Notes: a model not told the origin generated them from the letters alone. A stretch of DNA of 33,873 nt from Bacteroidales bacterium (GCA_007122505.1 SKTQ01000041.1:1-33873), one strand, 5' to 3'; shown: positions 9,385 through 19,264, numbered from the stretch's first letter. Numbers and translations: made by a program.

Positions 9385-9466
9385 TTCAGGGCGCTGGTGT
9401 GGTGTTGCCAACATTTACCCAGGGCGTTGCCCTTGGGCTGAATTAATTTGCCCTTCAGGGCGTTCC
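9385..9466. repeat. REP-like GC hairpin cluster
   Basis: TTCAGGGCG (9385), hairpin CCCAGGGC-GTT-GCCCTTGGG (9418-9437), hairpin GCCCT-TC-AGGGC (9450-9461). CCCTTCAGGGCGTTCC recurs at about 24222. Confidence 0.6.
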
Positions 9467-9543
9467 AATTACCGGCGCGAATCCTCCTATCTCCCATCTC
9501 TCAGTTCTCAGATCCCAGCTCCCAGCTCCCATAATCATCTCTC

Positions 9544-9649
9544 CTTTGCGTTTTTTGCGTAATTTAACCTTTGCGGCCTTTGCGAGGAATAAAGAGCAAC
9601 AGCGGATTGCGGTTGATTTTTTCACCGCAAAGACGCAGAGCACGCAAAG
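9544..9649. repeat. CTTTGCG/CGCAAAG palindromic dispersed repeat, copy 1
   Basis: Iterated (C)TTTGCG on the left and CGCAAAG on the right. It has 7 mismatches in 106 bp against 24291-24396. Confidence 0.9.
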
Positions 9650-9651
9650 AA

Positions 9652-9691
9652 AATGTGCAAATTTATCAATGTATCAATGTGCAAATGTACA
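9652..9691. repeat. 8-bp tandem array (AATKTRYM)x5
   Basis: aatgtgca aatttatc aatgtatc aatgtgca aatgtaca. Confidence 0.85.
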
Positions 9692-9701
9692 AATGACGGT
9701 C

Positions 9702-9793
9702 CTTTGCGTTTTTTGCGTAATTTAACCTTTGCGGCCTTTGCGTGGAATAAAATGTTTCACGCAAAGCTCGCAATGAAAGAAAAGCCCGCAAAG
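9702..9793. repeat. CTTTGCG/CGCAAAG palindromic repeat, copy 2
   Basis: The first ~50 bp are nearly identical to 9543-9593 (one mismatch). It ends in CGCAAAG. Confidence 0.85.
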
Positions 9794-9808
9794 CTACTGC
9801 TTACTTAG

Positions 9809-10096
9809 CTACTTCTTACTTCTTACTCTTCTCTTAAGTCCCTTAAGTCCCTTAAGTCTCTTAAGTCTCTAAAGTCTCAGCTCCCAGCTCCCAGCTCCCA
9901 GCTCTCAGCTCCCAGCTCTACCTACTTCTTACTTCTTACTCTTCTCTTAAGTCCCTTAAGTCTCTTAAGTCTCTAAAGTCTCAGCTCCCAGCTCTCAGCT
10001 CTCAGCTCCCAGCTCCCAGCTCCCAGCTCCCAGCTCCCAGCTCCCAGCTTCCAGCTCCCAGCTCCCAGCTCCCAGCTCCCAGCTCCCAGCTCCCAT
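9809..10096. repeat. Duplicated compound microsatellite: (TACTTCT)n-(CTTAAGTCY)n-(CTCCCAG)n, twice
   Basis: Block 1 starts at 9809 and block 2 at 9922. The second block has 15 CTCCCAG-type units at 9985-10089. Confidence 0.95.
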
Positions 10097-10187
10097 AATC
10101 ATCCCCCTGTGTGTCAAAAAATCCTGTCATGGGCGTTTCATGTTATTTGTTACTATTTTGTTTGTGAAAAATTCATTTTTTAAACAT

Positions 10188-10221
10188 AAAAGCCTGTCTA
10201 TAAATATATAGACAGGCTTTT
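10188..10221 (-). terminator. Intrinsic terminator downstream of tRNA-Met, possibly bidirectional
   Basis: Perfect 15-bp inverted repeat AAAAGCCTGTCTATA-aata-TATAGACAGGCTTTT, 3 bp beyond the tRNA CCA. Confidence 0.8.
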
Positions 10222-10224
10222 CTA

Positions 10225-10301
10225 TGGTAGCGGGGACGGGAGTTGAACCCGTGACCTTCGGGTTATGAATCCGACGCTCTAACCACCTGAGCTACCCCGC
10301 C
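10225..10301 (-). tRNA. tRNA-Met (CAT), elongator type
   Basis: Reverse complement GGCGGGGTAGCTCAGGTGGTTAGAGCGTCGGATTCATAACCCGAAGGTCACGGGTTCAACTCCCGTCCCCGCTACCA. It folds as a cloverleaf with encoded CCA and a paired (G-U) 1:72 position. A -7 box TAATTTTG lies at 10315-10322. Confidence 0.95.
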
Positions 10302-10337
10302 GGTTAAGGTGGTGCAAAATTATAAAACAATTTTAAA

Positions 10338-11297
10338 CTACAAACGCTTTTCTGTTTTTTTACCAAAATCAGCTTCCCGGCTAAGCAAGGCATCCTTTCT
10401 TCGCTTGCGCAGTTTTGTCAACTGGGTCAGAAATAAACCACCAATCACGATCAGCATCCCGATGATACGGCTCAAATCAATCACCTCCTTCAAAAACAGG
10501 AAGGATGTTATGGCCGTGACAACCGGAATGAGGTTCGCAAAAATGGCTGTCCGGGCTATTCCAATCACACGAACACCTGATGTATAGAACATAAAAGCAA
10601 GGGTTGATCCGAATACCGCAAGGGCAAACAGGGAGGCAACAGCCTGCCAGGACGGCCGGATGTGTATAAATTCACTTAGGTCCATCACCAAAAAAACAGG
10701 CAAAAAGAAGAGTGCCCCCAGGAAATTCTGCACCAGAATAATGGTGAATGAAGAATATTTGGCAGCCAGCCTCTTCAAAAATATAATATTCACCAACGCA
10801 GAAAAAACGGCAAAAAACAGCCAGAAAACGCCCACCGGTGAAGCTGTAAACTGCAGGTCGGCATCCAGAACCATGATCAGAACCCCGGTAAATGAAAGAA
10901 TAAAACCCATCACATTGAGGTAAGTAACTTTTTCACGGAAGGCCACATACCCCAGTATGGGAGAGAAGACCGGGATGGTGGCGATAACCACTGCCGCCAC
11001 CGTTGGCGAAACATGATACACACCGAAATTCTCCCCGATAAAGTAAAAAAACGGCGAAAAAAGGGACAGTATCAGGAAAGCCTTGTAGTCAGAGCGATCA
11101 ACCCGTTCCGTGTAACGCCTTACCTTAAAAATGATGAACATCAGGATGGATGAAATCGTAAGCCGGATCAGCATTACCGTGATGGGCTGGTAATAAGTAA
11201 AGGCCGTTTTTGTCCAAACATAGGATACCCCCCAGAAAATCACCGCAAGGCTTATAAGGGTGTATATATACCATATGTTTTGTTGCCGTTGAATCAT
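10338..11297 (-). CDS. EamA/DMT family transporter
   Basis: About 10 TM helices in two EamA halves (AVIFWGVSY, ATIPVF, NLIPV..AI...FLKE). A -7 box TACTTTTG lies at 11399-11406. Confidence 0.9.
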   Translation of the reverse strand: MIQRQQNIWYIYTLISLAVIFWGVSYVWTKTAFTYYQPITVMLIRLTISSILMFIIFKVRRYTERVDRSDYKAFLILSLFSPFFYFIGENFGVYHVSPTVAAVVIATIPVFSPILGYVAFREKVTYLNVMGFILSFTGVLIMVLDADLQFTASPVGVFWLFFAVFSALVNIIFLKRLAAKYSSFTIILVQNFLGALFFLPVFLVMDLSEFIHIRPSWQAVASLFALAVFGSTLAFMFYTSGVRVIGIARTAIFANLIPVVTAITSFLFLKEVIDLSRIIGMLIVIGGLFLTQLTKLRKRRKDALLSREADFGKKTEKRL

Positions 11298-11617
11298 CCC
11301 GGACGATGCTTTTTAGTTGAAATCTTAATTGTATTCGAAAAAAAGATGTTTATAACTCCTGATCAATCCTGCATGGCGACGCCATCCGTTTTCGCCCGCA
11401 AAAGTAATCAATTTGCCCCTTTCAAATGTTAAAGTCTGGATAAGCTGATTTTTAAAGTCACCACATACTTCCCAAATTATTCGGAAGCAATATAAATTAT
11501 AGTTTTGTTTGATGATTGTTTTTTGGATGGTTATTTTTGTATGACAATAGGACTTATATCAATCAAAGATATTTTAGAACACGACAACTGCATCAAACCC
11601 GCCCAAAAATCATCAAT

Positions 11618-13642
11618 ATGAAAATCATCTTGTTTATTAGTCTGTTTGTTTTTTTTATTTCAGAGTTAACCGCCAGCACACCGCCCTTTGATTTTGGCAG
11701 CGTTTCACAGGAGGAACTCGATCTGGAATATTTTAGAAATAAATTTCCCGACGAGCCGGCTGTGATTATTGGCGATATCGCCGATTGTAAATTTAATTTT
11801 AACAACGACTCACGCCGTTTTCAGTTTGTGTTCGAACGACACACCCGCTTTATGATACTAAGAGAAGAGGGCTTGAGTTATGGGGATTACAGTATTCCGT
11901 TTTATGTATCCGACATAGGACAAGAGAATATTCGAAGGTTCAGGGCTTATGTTCACAATCTTGACGGCGACAGGGTAAGAACAACAAGGATAAGACCGAG
12001 GGAAGGCTTTGAAAATGATTTGGGAAACAACTGGAAAGAGCTGGTCTTTGCTTTTCCCAACGTTAGGGTAGGAAGCATTATCGAAGTAAGATATGAGCTT
12101 AACTCGGATTTTCTTTTTCATTTGAGAAACTGGAGATTTCAGCACCGAATACCCATCATGCACAGCGAATACAATCTCAATATTCCGTCATTTTTCAATT
12201 ACCTCGCCAGGTTCAAAGGCTTTTTCGATCTTGATGTGAACGAACGGCGAAGTTCGCTGCAAACTTTCCGCTATGAACGGCAGGTCTCCATCGGTTATGG
12301 GTCGCAAACCGGAACGGGTGGACAAACTTATAATATTTCGGCTTACAGCACCCAGTTCAGATGGGCCGTCAGGAACCTTGAAGGCCTGAGAGTAGAACCC
12401 TACACCGATAACATCAATAATTACCTGGGTACGATGTTTTTTGAAATGGTAAGTGAAGAGTTCCCTGACCAGCCAACTGTTCATTACACAACCACCTGGG
12501 AAGACGCCGCAAACTACATGCTGAACCACAGGAATTTTGGCGGATACCTGGAAGATGCCGTTGCGGTGACGAGGTCTTTGGTTTCGGGAAATGACAGTGA
12601 TGATAAGAGAGAGAAAGTGGAATGGGCTTTAAAAACCATTCATGAAAGAATCCGATGGAACCGGAACGCTTCTTTTTTTGCCGGAAATTCACCTGATATG
12701 GTATTGGCTGACGGTTCAGGTAATAGCGCAGAAATTAATCTGCTGCTTGTGAGCCTGCTGAGAAGTTTGGGGCTGGAAGCTTATCCTGTTGCCGCAAGTA
12801 CTGTTAGGAACGGTAGGTTGTTTTCTGAAGAACCCACAATAAACCAATGGAATTATGTAGTGGCGCAGGTAAGATTACCCGGGGAAGAACCATTGCTGCT
12901 GGATGCAACAACTGCCTTTCCTTATGCGGGCTACCTGCCGCAAAGGCTAATAAACGGCAGAGGCAGAGTTTTTGACAGGCAGGTCAACGAATGGGTAAAC
13001 CTTGAAAACAATATTTCCTTTGATTTCCATAAAGCCTATGAGATGGAAATTGATTCTAAAGGAAACCTGGATGGTACATTGATTTATACATGGAAAGATT
13101 TTGGTGCATATTCCATACTTCAGGAGCTGTCCACTGCTGACAACGACCGTATTTTGGAAGAATTTACCAAAGAAACAGGTGCCCGGATCACGGATATCAA
13201 ATTGGGTCAACCCACCCATGAAAACGATACCCTGCAATTAAGCCTGACAGCAACTTTCCATATACCGTCTTACGCACAGGTGTTGGGTGACGAGATTATT
13301 ATACCAGGCTTCCTTTTTGAAGCCCGCAGGGAAAACCCTTTTACCAGGGAAGAAAGATTGTACCCGGTGGTTTTTCCTTATAATGCCAGCTACACATACG
13401 ACTTTTTGCTGAAACTTCCCGAAAATGCAAACATTGACCACCTTCCGAGGCCAAGATCAGGACGATGGGGTAGTTTTTCACACAGGTTTAATTTCAGTGA
13501 AGAGGCGGGTGCAATCTTAATCAATGGGTTTGTAGAAAACCGCACCAGGGTCGTCAATGAACCCCAGTACAGGAATTTCCGGAATTATATGATCCGATTG
13601 GTTGAAAATAATTCAGATCACATTGTAATCAGTCTAAAGTGA
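11618..13642 (+). CDS. DUF3857 plus transglutaminase-like domain protein, secreted
   Basis: Signal peptide from ATG 11618 (MKIILFISLF). Motifs FAFPNVRVGSIIEVRY, WRFQHRIP, GSGNSAEINLLL and LLLDAT. A -7 box at 11532-11539 lies inside the longer ORF, which supports the later start. Confidence 0.8.
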   Translation: MKIILFISLFVFFISELTASTPPFDFGSVSQEELDLEYFRNKFPDEPAVIIGDIADCKFNFNNDSRRFQFVFERHTRFMILREEGLSYGDYSIPFYVSDIGQENIRRFRAYVHNLDGDRVRTTRIRPREGFENDLGNNWKELVFAFPNVRVGSIIEVRYELNSDFLFHLRNWRFQHRIPIMHSEYNLNIPSFFNYLARFKGFFDLDVNERRSSLQTFRYERQVSIGYGSQTGTGGQTYNISAYSTQFRWAVRNLEGLRVEPYTDNINNYLGTMFFEMVSEEFPDQPTVHYTTTWEDAANYMLNHRNFGGYLEDAVAVTRSLVSGNDSDDKREKVEWALKTIHERIRWNRNASFFAGNSPDMVLADGSGNSAEINLLLVSLLRSLGLEAYPVAASTVRNGRLFSEEPTINQWNYVVAQVRLPGEEPLLLDATTAFPYAGYLPQRLINGRGRVFDRQVNEWVNLENNISFDFHKAYEMEIDSKGNLDGTLIYTWKDFGAYSILQELSTADNDRILEEFTKETGARITDIKLGQPTHENDTLQLSLTATFHIPSYAQVLGDEIIIPGFLFEARRENPFTREERLYPVVFPYNASYTYDFLLKLPENANIDHLPRPRSGRWGSFSHRFNFSEEAGAILINGFVENRTRVVNEPQYRNFRNYMIRLVENNSDHIVISLK

Positions 13643-13833
13643 TTGCTTTGGCAAAATAAGTCTGCCGCGCTGTCCGGCTTTTCAGATTAGCCAGATGGAA
13701 CTGAGCGTTTGATCCTGTCAAAATTTGTCCGCTGAACATAATTCCGCTTATTTTAGGGCGGGTTGTTCATTACTTGTTTATTTTCCGGGAAGGCTATTGC
13801 TTTTTTTTGCATTTTTGCATAAAACTTTAAGGA

Positions 13834-15345
13834 ATGACCCGGCTGGAAAATTATTTTAAACCCTTCAGGAAAAACATTGTAGGCATTGACCAGCGCTACA
13901 AAACGCCTTACGGGAAACAGAAGATCATATATGCCGATTGGATTGCCGGCGGACGGATGTACCATCCCATTGAGCGGATACTGACAGAACGCTTCGGTCC
14001 CTTTGTTGCAAATACTCATACAGAAGCCAGCGAAACCGGCACGCTGATGACCAACGCCTATCATCATGCCCATCAATTGATCAAAAAGCATGTCAATGCC
14101 GGCCCAAACGATGTCATTATCACCGCCGGGAGCGGAATGACCACAGTCATCAATAAGTTTCAGCGTATGCTCGGACTTCGTGTGTGCGGGGAGCTGGCCC
14201 ACAAAGTTTGTTTGAAGACATCAGAGCGGCCTGTGGTTTTTATTACACACATGGAGCACCATAGTAACCACACTTCGTGGTTTGAAACCATGGCAGATGT
14301 GGTGCAGCTCAAACCAGGCGCTGATCTGTTGGTCGATCCGGGTGAGTTGCGTCACGAGCTTGAAAAATACAAAGACAGGAAACTGAAAATCGGATCTTTC
14401 ACGGCTTGCAGCAATGTAACGGGTATAGAAACGCCTATCCACGAACTGGCACGTATCATGCACAGCTACGGAGGTGTTTGTGTTGCCGATTATGCCGCCT
14501 CCGCACCTTATGTAAATATCAACATGCATCCCGGTGACCCGATGGAAAAGCTGGATGCCGTTATGTTTTCACCGCACAAGTTTTTGGGTGGGCCAGGAAG
14601 CTCCGGCGTACTTATCTTCGATTCCTCTTTCTATACCAGCAAAGTGCCGGACAACCCCGGAGGAGGTACCGTTGACTGGACAAACGCCTGGGGAGAGTAC
14701 AAGTATATTGACGACATTGAAGCCCGCGAAGATGGTGGCACGCCCGGATTTATACAGGCTATACGAACAGCCTTGTGCATTGAACTAAAGAAGCAGATGG
14801 GCACAGTCAATATCCGAAACCGGGAAGATGAAATGCTGGAAATCCTTTTCGACGGTATCCGAAAAATTCCCCATACCCATATACTGGCCGACAGTGTTGA
14901 ACATCGGCTTGGTGTCATTTCCTTTTACTTCGATCACATACATTACAATCTGGTGGTAAAGTTACTCAGCGACAGGTTTGGTATACAGGCAAGAGGTGGT
15001 TGTGCCTGTGCGGGAACGTACGGACATTTTCTTCTCAACGTGGATTATGAAAAATCCAAACAGATCACGGAAAAGATCAATACCGGCGACTTGTCCGAAA
15101 AACCTGGGTGGGTCAGGCTTTCCATACATCCCACCATGACAAACAAAGAATTATTTGCCATATTAAATGCCCTTGAAAAAATCCAAAAACATCACGAAAG
15201 CTGGCAGAAAGACTATGATTATCAGCCCCGTAGAAATGAATTTGTGCATAAGCAGGCTCCTGCCGATAACGTGGATAGAATAAGAGAATGGTTTACACTG
15301 CCCGACGCCGCCAAAAAACTCCCCGGCAATTTAGTTGTTAAATAA
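13834..15345 (+). CDS. Class V PLP-dependent aminotransferase (cysteine desulfurase/selenocysteine lyase-like)
   Basis: Motifs EHHSNH, CSNVTG, DYAAS, SPHKFLGG (PLP lysine), GGTPG and RGGCACAG. Confidence 0.88.
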   Translation: MTRLENYFKPFRKNIVGIDQRYKTPYGKQKIIYADWIAGGRMYHPIERILTERFGPFVANTHTEASETGTLMTNAYHHAHQLIKKHVNAGPNDVIITAGSGMTTVINKFQRMLGLRVCGELAHKVCLKTSERPVVFITHMEHHSNHTSWFETMADVVQLKPGADLLVDPGELRHELEKYKDRKLKIGSFTACSNVTGIETPIHELARIMHSYGGVCVADYAASAPYVNINMHPGDPMEKLDAVMFSPHKFLGGPGSSGVLIFDSSFYTSKVPDNPGGGTVDWTNAWGEYKYIDDIEAREDGGTPGFIQAIRTALCIELKKQMGTVNIRNREDEMLEILFDGIRKIPHTHILADSVEHRLGVISFYFDHIHYNLVVKLLSDRFGIQARGGCACAGTYGHFLLNVDYEKSKQITEKINTGDLSEKPGWVRLSIHPTMTNKELFAILNALEKIQKHHESWQKDYDYQPRRNEFVHKQAPADNVDRIREWFTLPDAAKKLPGNLVVK

Positions 15346-15717
15346 CCGTTGCAGCTTTTTTACCTGTGCGTCCCAGATCCGCTGGCTGAAATCAAGATCG
15401 ACATCCTCCGAATGGTCTGTGATAATGAGCGCTACTTCTGAAGATACCGGTTCATTTTGGATGTGCATTTCTATAAAACGCTCACCACCAATATCATCCA
15501 ACCATGTAAACTGAACAAATTCGTTTTCCTTAAACCGGGTCAATCTGGCCTTTTGCTCCGAATCCTCCCATTTAAAAACGAATATATCCTCCTCTTCGGT
15601 CATGACCATGTCTGCAAACCAACGTGAAAGCCCCTCCGGCGTGGATATTGCCGTATATAATAACCGGGGAGTGGTTTTGAACCCATATTCCAGGGTGAAT
15701 TTCTTATAGGCGCCCAT
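15331..15717 (-). CDS. START-like/SRPBCC domain protein
   Basis: KFTLEY...LYTAISTPEGLSRWFAD...F.W...W..QV..L.R. Likely start is ATG 15717; its 3' end overlaps the convergent gene by 15 bp. Confidence 0.8.
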   Translation of the reverse strand: MGAYKKFTLEYGFKTTPRLLYTAISTPEGLSRWFADMVMTEEEDIFVFKWEDSEQKARLTRFKENEFVQFTWLDDIGGERFIEMHIQNEPVSSEVALIITDHSEDVDLDFSQRIWDAQVKKLQRLFNN

Positions 15718-16175
15718 GACAATCTTGTTTTTATCTACATCTTGCAATATACAAAAAAATAATATCTATTCACAGTTTTTTATCGCTTAAGACAAAGTTT
15801 TATTAACCATTTGCTTCCCGCGTTTAGCATTGAAAGGCTTTGGGCGGCACTTCATCCGTCTTCTTTTCTCCGGGCCTGCATTTATGGTTTGATTTTTAGT
15901 ACTTTTGATGAGCAAGAGAACAAAGTATTTATCCGGTTGTTTCTATTGTAATGAAAGATTTTTGTTTGGAACAGTTTTTGCTTTTTTAGAAGCAGGCAAA
16001 TATTTGCCGATGGTGTATCTTTTGCAGCCTCTTAAACTCTAACAGAAAGATCTGCTGGTTGCGATTTGTAAGTTATGCAAGACAAAAAAACATCCATCCT
16101 TTCAATGGGCTGTGAGTTGCCAGATACCGGAAGTAATGGCAGTTTACCTATTCTCTAATTTAAGTAGAGCAAATT

Positions 16176-19100
16176 ATGAAAGCTATGGGATTGACTCGAT
16201 ATTTTAGGTTGTTGATATCATTTATGATAATCATTGTACTGGCACCCATTGAAAGTTCAGGTCAGTATTTTGGTCGTAACCGGCCAAGTTATCAGCGTTT
16301 TGATTTTCACATGCATCAAACGCCCCACTTTGATATCTACCACTATTTTGAAGATGACTCAGTGGTTACGGCTATTGCCAATACCTACGAGAAATGGTAC
16401 ATCAGGCTCCAGAAGGTTTTCAAAGATACCTTTGAAACGAGGAACCCCATTATTGTATATGCAAATCATCCCGATTTTCAGCAAACCACAGCCATAGGCG
16501 GCATGATTGGTATTGGCACATTGGGTGTTACGGAGGCACTCAGGAACAGGGTTGTTTCTCCAATCCTTGAAACAAATGCCGGTACTGACCACGTTATGGG
16601 TCACGAGCTTGTTCACGTCTTCCAGTTTCGGTCCATGTTTCTCAACGACTCACTCTCCCTGAACTCTTTGCGCAACTTGCCCTTGTGGCTTGTTGAAGGA
16701 ATGGCCGAATACTTTTCCATTGGCAGTGTCGATCCCCATACCGCCATGATCATGAGGGATGCCATCCATCAGGACAAGTTTCCGGATCTCCGTGACATGA
16801 CCCGCAGTTATGAGTATAATCCTTATCGCTTCGGGCATGCCTTTGTGGCGTTTTTTGGACGTACGTGGGGTGACTCCCTGATTGTTCCTTTGTTTTCGGA
16901 AACAGCCAAGTTTGGATATGAACGTGCAATGGAAAGGGTGGTTGGCTTGAGTGCCCGCACCGTGTCAACACTCTGGAAAACTGCCACAGAGAATCATTTT
17001 GCACCATTACTGGAAGATACCACTCGCCATGTGGCTGTTGGTCAGCGAATTCTTTCGAGAGACAATTCGGGAGCCATGAACCTGAGTCCTTCGGTAAGCC
17101 CCGACGGTACTATGGTAGCTTTCTTTTCAGAAAGAGACCTCATTTCCATAGACCTGTTCCTGGCCAATGCTCAAACCGGAGAAATCAAGCGCAAACTAGC
17201 CAGTGCAACCCGCTCCGGTGATATCGACGGCTACAACTTTTTTGAATCCATGGGAACCTGGTCGCCCGATGGCAGCAAGTTTATCCATGTTGCAGTTAAA
17301 CGGGGACGCAACTACCTAATAAAGGTAGATGTTAACAGGCCCCGGCGTACCAGGGAGATCCGCGTACCCGGAGTCCCTTCGCTCAATAATCCAAGCTGGT
17401 CTCCTGATGGAAGCTATTTGGTTTTCAACGGCCTGGTGGAAGGCCGTAACAATTTATTTAAGTTTAACCTGGAAACCAGGGAAGTTACCCAACTGACCAA
17501 CGACCGATATTCATATATCCACGCTTCTTTCTCACCGGATGGACGATGGTTGACCTTTGCCACCGACAGGCCCCAGTCAACACAAGCCGAAGATAAGCTA
17601 AACCTGAAGATGAACCTGGCCGTAATGGACCTCTCAGATCCCGACAGGCCCATTACAGTGCTGGATGTCTTCCCCGGAGCTGAAAACATTAACCCCGTCT
17701 TTACTCCCCAACAGGATGCCATTTATTTCTTGTCAAACAGTGACGGATTTCGTAATTTGTTTCTCTATGAAATGGAAACAGGGGATGTTTACCGGCTGAC
17801 TGATCTATATACTGGTATCAGCGGTATTACACATATGACCCCATCCATCAGTGTAGCAAGGGAAACCGGTGAAGTATTATACAGTCATTTTCAGAAAGGG
17901 GGATATTCCGTATACCGTGCACATCCCGATGAGTTTGACAGGGTACAGGTAGACCCTATGCAGCTGGATATGCATGCTGCAACCCTCCCACCCTATGAAC
18001 GCCTTGTGCCGGCCATCGTGGATGCCAGTCTTGCCATAGAGCCTATGGAACCCATCCTTCCCCCGGATGTTTTTGAGGAAAAACCATTTGACGGCCGCTT
18101 TGGACTGACATTTATCGGCAGTTCGGGTGTCGGTGTAGCGACCAACCGTTTTGGTACCGGTATGGCAGGAGGTGTAAGCATGATGTTCAGCGACATTATC
18201 GGAGACAACCAGTTGTTTACCACGCTGGCGGTGAACGGCGAGATATATGATTTTGGTGGAATGGTTGGCTATCTCAATCAGAAGAGCCGTATCAACTGGG
18301 GTGCTTCGGTTTCCCACATTCCCTACACATTTAATACATTGAGATTTATACGGGATACCCTTATGACAGAACAGGGGCCCGTGGGCGTGGATAACCTGCA
18401 GCTGCTGACGCAACGAACGTTTGAAGACCAGCTGGGATTATTTGCCTCTTTCCCCATCAGCACCACCCGCCGTATCGAAGCAGGCGCCAGCGTTGCCTGG
18501 TATTACTTCCGGATTGATGCCATCAACAATTATTATTTTCAGGGCTTCCGTGTTGGTGAAGAAAGGGAGCGCCTTGATGCCCCCGACGGGTTTAACCTTC
18601 AGCGTGTGAACCTTGCATACGTTGGCGATAACTCCTTTTTCGGGATGGCATCTCCCATGGCAGGCTTCCGCTATCGGCTCAGCGGTGAACGGATGTTTGG
18701 AGAAATAAACATGTACAACGTGGTGGCCGATTACCGGCATTATCTCCGCAGACATCCCTTTACTTTTGCCTTCAGGGGTATACACTATGGACGCTATGGC
18801 AAAAATGCCGACAACAGCCTTTTTTATCCGTTGTATCTGGGTTATCCGGGATTTGTCAGGGGGTATGATTATACCACACTCCGCCAGATCGAGAAAACCT
18901 TTGATGATGCATTTACATTTGAACAGCTTCTTGGCAGCAGGGTGATGCTTGGCGGGCTGGAAATTCGTGTGCCATTTACCGGCCCGGAACAACTTGCACT
19001 TATCTCCAGCGGATTCTTCTTTACGGAGCTTGCATGGTTCCTGGACGCGGGGGTAGCGTGGACAGGCGATACACGCATTACGCTTGACCCATCAAAAGGT

Positions 19101-19259
19101 ATGGACCCCGGCCGTCGTTTCCCTGTGTTCAGTACCGGTCCATCTCTTCGTATCAACCTCTTTGGAGCACTCATTCTTGAACCCTACCTGGCATTTCCGT
19201 TCCACACAAGAGGCATCAGAGAAGGCGTGTGGGGGCTGAACTTCTTGCCAGGTTGGTAA
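16176..19259 (+). CDS. Secreted/OM protein: zincin peptidase-like domain, TolB/PD40 propeller and Omp85(BamA)-like barrel
   Basis: Signal peptide; HELVH...WLVEGMAE; repeated SPDG motifs; C-terminal barrel with VRGY; terminal W. Confidence 0.75.
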   Translation: MKAMGLTRYFRLLISFMIIIVLAPIESSGQYFGRNRPSYQRFDFHMHQTPHFDIYHYFEDDSVVTAIANTYEKWYIRLQKVFKDTFETRNPIIVYANHPDFQQTTAIGGMIGIGTLGVTEALRNRVVSPILETNAGTDHVMGHELVHVFQFRSMFLNDSLSLNSLRNLPLWLVEGMAEYFSIGSVDPHTAMIMRDAIHQDKFPDLRDMTRSYEYNPYRFGHAFVAFFGRTWGDSLIVPLFSETAKFGYERAMERVVGLSARTVSTLWKTATENHFAPLLEDTTRHVAVGQRILSRDNSGAMNLSPSVSPDGTMVAFFSERDLISIDLFLANAQTGEIKRKLASATRSGDIDGYNFFESMGTWSPDGSKFIHVAVKRGRNYLIKVDVNRPRRTREIRVPGVPSLNNPSWSPDGSYLVFNGLVEGRNNLFKFNLETREVTQLTNDRYSYIHASFSPDGRWLTFATDRPQSTQAEDKLNLKMNLAVMDLSDPDRPITVLDVFPGAENINPVFTPQQDAIYFLSNSDGFRNLFLYEMETGDVYRLTDLYTGISGITHMTPSISVARETGEVLYSHFQKGGYSVYRAHPDEFDRVQVDPMQLDMHAATLPPYERLVPAIVDASLAIEPMEPILPPDVFEEKPFDGRFGLTFIGSSGVGVATNRFGTGMAGGVSMMFSDIIGDNQLFTTLAVNGEIYDFGGMVGYLNQKSRINWGASVSHIPYTFNTLRFIRDTLMTEQGPVGVDNLQLLTQRTFEDQLGLFASFPISTTRRIEAGASVAWYYFRIDAINNYYFQGFRVGEERERLDAPDGFNLQRVNLAYVGDNSFFGMASPMAGFRYRLSGERMFGEINMYNVVADYRHYLRRHPFTFAFRGIHYGRYGKNADNSLFYPLYLGYPGFVRGYDYTTLRQIEKTFDDAFTFEQLLGSRVMLGGLEIRVPFTGPEQLALISSGFFFTELAWFLDAGVAWTGDTRITLDPSKGMDPGRRFPVFSTGPSLRINLFGALILEPYLAFPFHTRGIREGVWGLNFLPGW

Positions 19260-19264
19260 AGGTA

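Noticed and set aside
9455-9643. 62-aa ORF similar to ORF 24226-24456 (LCVFAVKKST.IR...), which looks like a small paralogous family
   Set aside because: Both are translations of the same palindromic DNA repeat and their starts and ends are not conserved.
9809-10096. Possible CRISPR array
   Set aside because: The units are 7-9 bp in tandem with no unique spacers, and there are no cas genes.
7700-10301. Intact tRNA-integrated element or prophage
   Set aside because: No integrase, no phage genes and no visible duplicate of the tRNA 3' end.
10225-10301. Initiator tRNA, or anomalous tRNA because of the A31-C39 mismatch
   Set aside because: Position 1:72 is paired and the anticodon stem lacks three consecutive G-C pairs. 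It is treated as an ordinary elongator Met.
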